A DNA stretch of 23,655 nucleotides from Octopus sinensis (lineage: Eukaryota): contig NW_021836614.1 of assembly GCF_006345805.1 (NCBI RefSeq), forward strand, positions 1 to 23,655. Direction: 5' to 3'. The notes below the pieces were generated by a model. That model was not told the origin of the DNA, ran no database searches, and saw only the letters and a list, made by a program, of their open reading frames with translations. Position 1 is the stretch's first letter. Every line of letters starts with the position of its first letter. A program made the position numbers and the translations under genes. This document shows, piece by piece, positions 19,925-23,655 of this stretch.

Positions 19925-20397
19925 GTAACAAGTCGACTGTGTTTCTATGCAAGGTAATCGAAACTATTTTATTTTAACTTGGCAATATATCGATAGCTAT
20001 AAATATTTAATTATGCACTAGATAAATTACACTTAATGTCCTCGAAAAAAACTGTAGTCAATGAGTACAGGAAGAGAATCCATATCTTATTGAAATGAAG
20101 CCTTGCTTTGGTTTGTATTTCGATTTAAAGTAAACGTAGCCTGGATACCAGACTTGAGAAATTAAAAAAATATATTAAAATTTCCAGAAGTTTATCATTT
20201 AAATATATATATAAACATGTCTACATATGCAGCTATATCCATGAGAAGACATACATTAAGTAAAATATACAAATCTACACATATACGTAAAAAAATACCC
20301 TGATGTTGAAATTCCAATCAAGGAGTCTTGAATCAGGTTTAGAAACCGGCTCTTTCTCTAGAGGCAAGAGATCTTGAAATAAAACTGAACAGTGACA
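19925..20397. repeat. Duplicated segment U3
   Basis: Collinear with U4 from GTAACAAGTCGA to AAAACTGAACA.TGACA. Confidence 0.92.
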
Positions 20398-21658
20398 TAC
20401 ATACATACATACATACATAAATACATACATACATACATACATACATACATACATACATACACACATACATACATACATGCATATAAACATACATACATAC
20501 ATACATACATACGTAACTACATACACAGAGACATATACATACATACATATACATACATACATATATATACATACATACATGCATTCATATATACACATAC
20601 ATATATATACATACATACATATGCATACATACATACATACATAACTACATACATACACATATATATATATGCATATATACATACATACATATATATACAT
20701 ACATATATACATACATGCACATACATACATATATATATACATACATACATATATACATGCATACATACATACATACACACACGCATACATGCATACATAC
20801 ATATATACATACATACATACATACATAACTACATACATATATATACATACACACATATATGCATATATATACATACAAATATATATATTTACATACATTC
20901 ATACATACATACATACATGCATACATAGATATATATACATATATACATATATATACATACATACATATAGATATAGATACACACATATATATACATACAT
21001 ACATACATATATTTATATACATACAAATATATATATACATACATACAAACATACATAGATACATATATATACATACATCCATACATAATTATATACATAC
21101 ATGCACACAAACATACATACATGCATACAGGCATACATACGTACATACATGCACACACACATACATACCTACCTACATACATACAAACATACAAACACAC
21201 ACACATACATGCATACATACATACTTGCATACTTACATACATACATATATACATACGTACATATATACATACATACATACATACATATATACATACATAC
21301 ACATACATACATACATATACACATACATGCATACATACATACACATACATACATACATACCCACACACATACATACATACAAACATACATACATACAGAC
21401 AGACAGACTTATATACACACATACACATACATACATACATAAATACATACACACATACATAAAAACATACATACATTCATACATACACACTTACATTTAT
21501 TCATTCATACATACATACATACATACATACATACATACATACATACATACATACATACATACATACATACACATACGTACATACATATACATACATACAC
21601 ACACACATACATACATACACACATATATACACACACATATACATACATACATACATAA
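20398..21658. repeat. Long degenerate (CATA)n block
   Basis: Direct reading. Confidence 0.97.
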
Positions 21659-22110
21659 GTAACAAGTCGATTGTATGCATGGTAATCGAAACGATTTTAT
21701 TTTAATTTGGCAATATACCGATAGCTATAAATTTTAAATTATGCACTAGATAAATTACACTTAACGCCCTCGAAATAAACTGTAGTCAACGATTACAGGA
21801 TGAGAACCCATATCTTATTGAAATGAAGCCATGCTTTGGATTGTATTTTGACTTAAAGTAAACGTTGCCTAGATACCAAACTTGAGAAATTAAAAAAAAT
21901 CTGTAAGACTTACCAAAAGTTTGACTTTTAAATATATATATATATAAATGTCTACATATGCAACTATATGCATAAGAAGACATACATAAAGTATAACATA
22001 CAAATCTACACTTATACATAAAAAAATACCCTGATGTTGAAATTCCAATGAAGGAGTCTTGAATCTAGGTTAGATTTCAAGAGACCTTGAAATAAAACTG
22101 AACAATGACA
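21659..22110. repeat. Duplicated segment U4 (tandem partner of U3, offset 1734 bp)
   Basis: Same boundaries as U3. Confidence 0.92.
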
Positions 22111-22142
22111 TTCATACATAGATACATACGTACATATATACA

Positions 22143-22173
<31 letters not shown>

Positions 22174-22738
22174 CTACATATATACATACATACATACATA
22201 GATATATATATATATACATAGATACATACATATATATACATGCATACAAATATACATATATATACATACGTACATACATACATATATACATACATATATA
22301 CATACATACATACATACATATATATATACATAAATACATATATATATACATACAAACAAACATATATATATATACATACAAACATACATATATATGTATA
22401 CATACATACATATAAATACATACATACATACATATAATTATATACATACCTAGATATATATACATATATATATTCATTAATACCTACATATATACATACA
22501 TGCACACACACATACACACATATTCATACATACATACATACATACCTAAATACATACATACATACTCACACATTCATACGTACATACATACATACATGCA
22601 TACATACGTACATGAATACATACATACATACATATAGAAATACATACATAAATACATATATACAAAGATACGTACATACATCCAGACATAGATATATACG
22701 TACATAATTACACACACATACATATATGCATATATACA
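22111..22738. repeat. Degenerate (CATA)n block
   Basis: Direct reading. Confidence 0.96.
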
Positions 22739-22800
22739 TCTCTTATTATAAAAGGCAGATTTTATCTGCCTCCCTTTGGGAGTTATACAAATCTACAATA
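22739..22800 (+). mobile_element. Possible Helitron/Helentron-like non-autonomous element 5' end
   Basis: TC..TATTATAAAA start followed by the hairpin GGCAGAT-TTT-ATCTGCC (22754-22770). The 3' end was not identified. Confidence 0.3.
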
Positions 22801-23100
22801 TAGGATTTCTTCAATTACAATTTACCTAGCATTTTTAAGAGTACAATGTATCGCGTCATGCCAGGTCCAGTTTTTAAAATTTAAACTCCAATTAAGCAAA
22901 ATTTACAGAAAACTCACATTCTGGTGTGTGTGTCAAATGCTTTTCTTAGTCTGGTTTACACCACACGCAAACGCACACACACAGTGGGCAACGAATAAAA
23001 TGAAAGTATTCACTTACTGTAGTGAGTGATTCTTTCACTCTGCCTCACTTCCTCTTTCCACACATAGACACGCAAATATATAAATAAAATTGTAAGCTAA

Positions 23101-23195
23101 CGTGCGTGTGTGTGAGTGTGTGTGTGTGTGTGCGCGTGTGTGTGTGTGGTGTGAGGGTGGGTGTGTGTGTGTGTGCGTGTGCGTGAGTGTGTGAC
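23101..23195. repeat. (GT)n-rich microsatellite
   Basis: Direct reading. Confidence 0.95.
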
Positions 23196-23244
23196 AGGAA
23201 AGTTTTTTACGACGAATATAAGACCTATATCCAAGTAGCAGAAA

Positions 23245-23511
23245 GATAAGACAGTAAGGTGTGATTTGAGGGAGATTGGCTGCTATTTCTACCATGTCTA
23301 GCTGCCATGTAGGGGTCTCCCTCATAGGCTCATACATACATATATACATAGATAAGACAGTAAGGTGTGATTTGGGGGAAATTTGGCTGCTATTTCTACC
23401 AGGTCTAGCTACCATGTAGAGGTCCTCCTCATTGGCTCATATATATATACATACATAAGACAGTAACGTGTGATTTAAGGGAGAGATTTGGCTGCTGTTT
23501 CTACCAGGTCT
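23245..23511. repeat. ~105-bp tandem repeat, about 2.5 copies
   Basis: Units start (G)ATAAGACAGTAA.GTGTGATTT at 23245, 23351 and 23455; each has TTGGCTGCT.TTTCTACCA.GTCT. Confidence 0.9.
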
Positions 23512-23575
23512 GTTAGGCCTTCTCATGTAAACTCAAGCTTTCTCATGCCTTGAAATAAGACCAAAGCAGAGAATG

Positions 23576-23655
23576 TATTCTTTATTCTTCTGCTTTTTCC
23601 AGCCATTGGTCTGTGGCCGTGCTGGGGCAATGCCTTGAAGAATTGTAGTTTAATG
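23576..23655 (-). mobile_element. 3' end of an antisense SINE running off the window
   Basis: TTCCAGCCATTGGTCTGTGGCCGTGCTGGGGCAATGCCTTGAAG resembles the antisense 3' end of a common octopus SINE (from memory). Confidence 0.5.

Noticed and set aside
20300-20357. Hammerhead-like CTGATG...GAAACCGGCTCTTTCT at the right end of U3 (partly deleted in U4)
   Set aside because: The 3' half resembles the PLE motif, but no CUGANGA or UUGANAA core is correctly placed (CCAAUCA / CCAAUGA) and there is an extra C in helix III. It folds more simply as a GAGUC/GGCUC hairpin; at most a dead relic.
14333-22517. Dozens of track ORFs rich in MYVC or HTYI (also 3224-3409, 5425-5613, 11099-11302, 23035-23415)
   Set aside because: These are translations of stop-poor (CATA)n, (TA)n, (GA)n and (GT)n repeats.

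Overview
AT-rich, microsatellite-laden animal genomic DNA. It is very probably an octopus or other coleoid cephalopod; this is inferred from remembered SINE families and (CATA)n/(TA)n density and was not checked by search. Contents, left to right: a 5'-truncated, disrupted RTE-clade LINE (53-3273, +); a 5'-truncated Penelope-like element (RT + GIY-YIG, 3391-5401, -) with ~100-bp terminal inverted repeats, a fold-back junction and a minimal hammerhead-like motif; a 38-bp minisatellite with 76-bp and ~228-bp higher-order structure (5513-6840); a multi-exon minus-strand gene or pseudogene (exons 6959-10187, possible first exons 12770-13477); several tRNA-derived SINEs; mariner and Tc1 fragments; duplicated unique segments separated by (CATA)n; and a second RTE copy with a twin-priming-type 5' inversion (17053-19830). 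The most striking signal is a complete, canonical type I hammerhead ribozyme (10717-10765, -) in the 100-bp spacer between two ~360-bp direct repeats. That is the layout of a retrozyme-like element with a ~461-nt unit, and it lies 7 kb from a hammerhead-bearing Penelope-like element.
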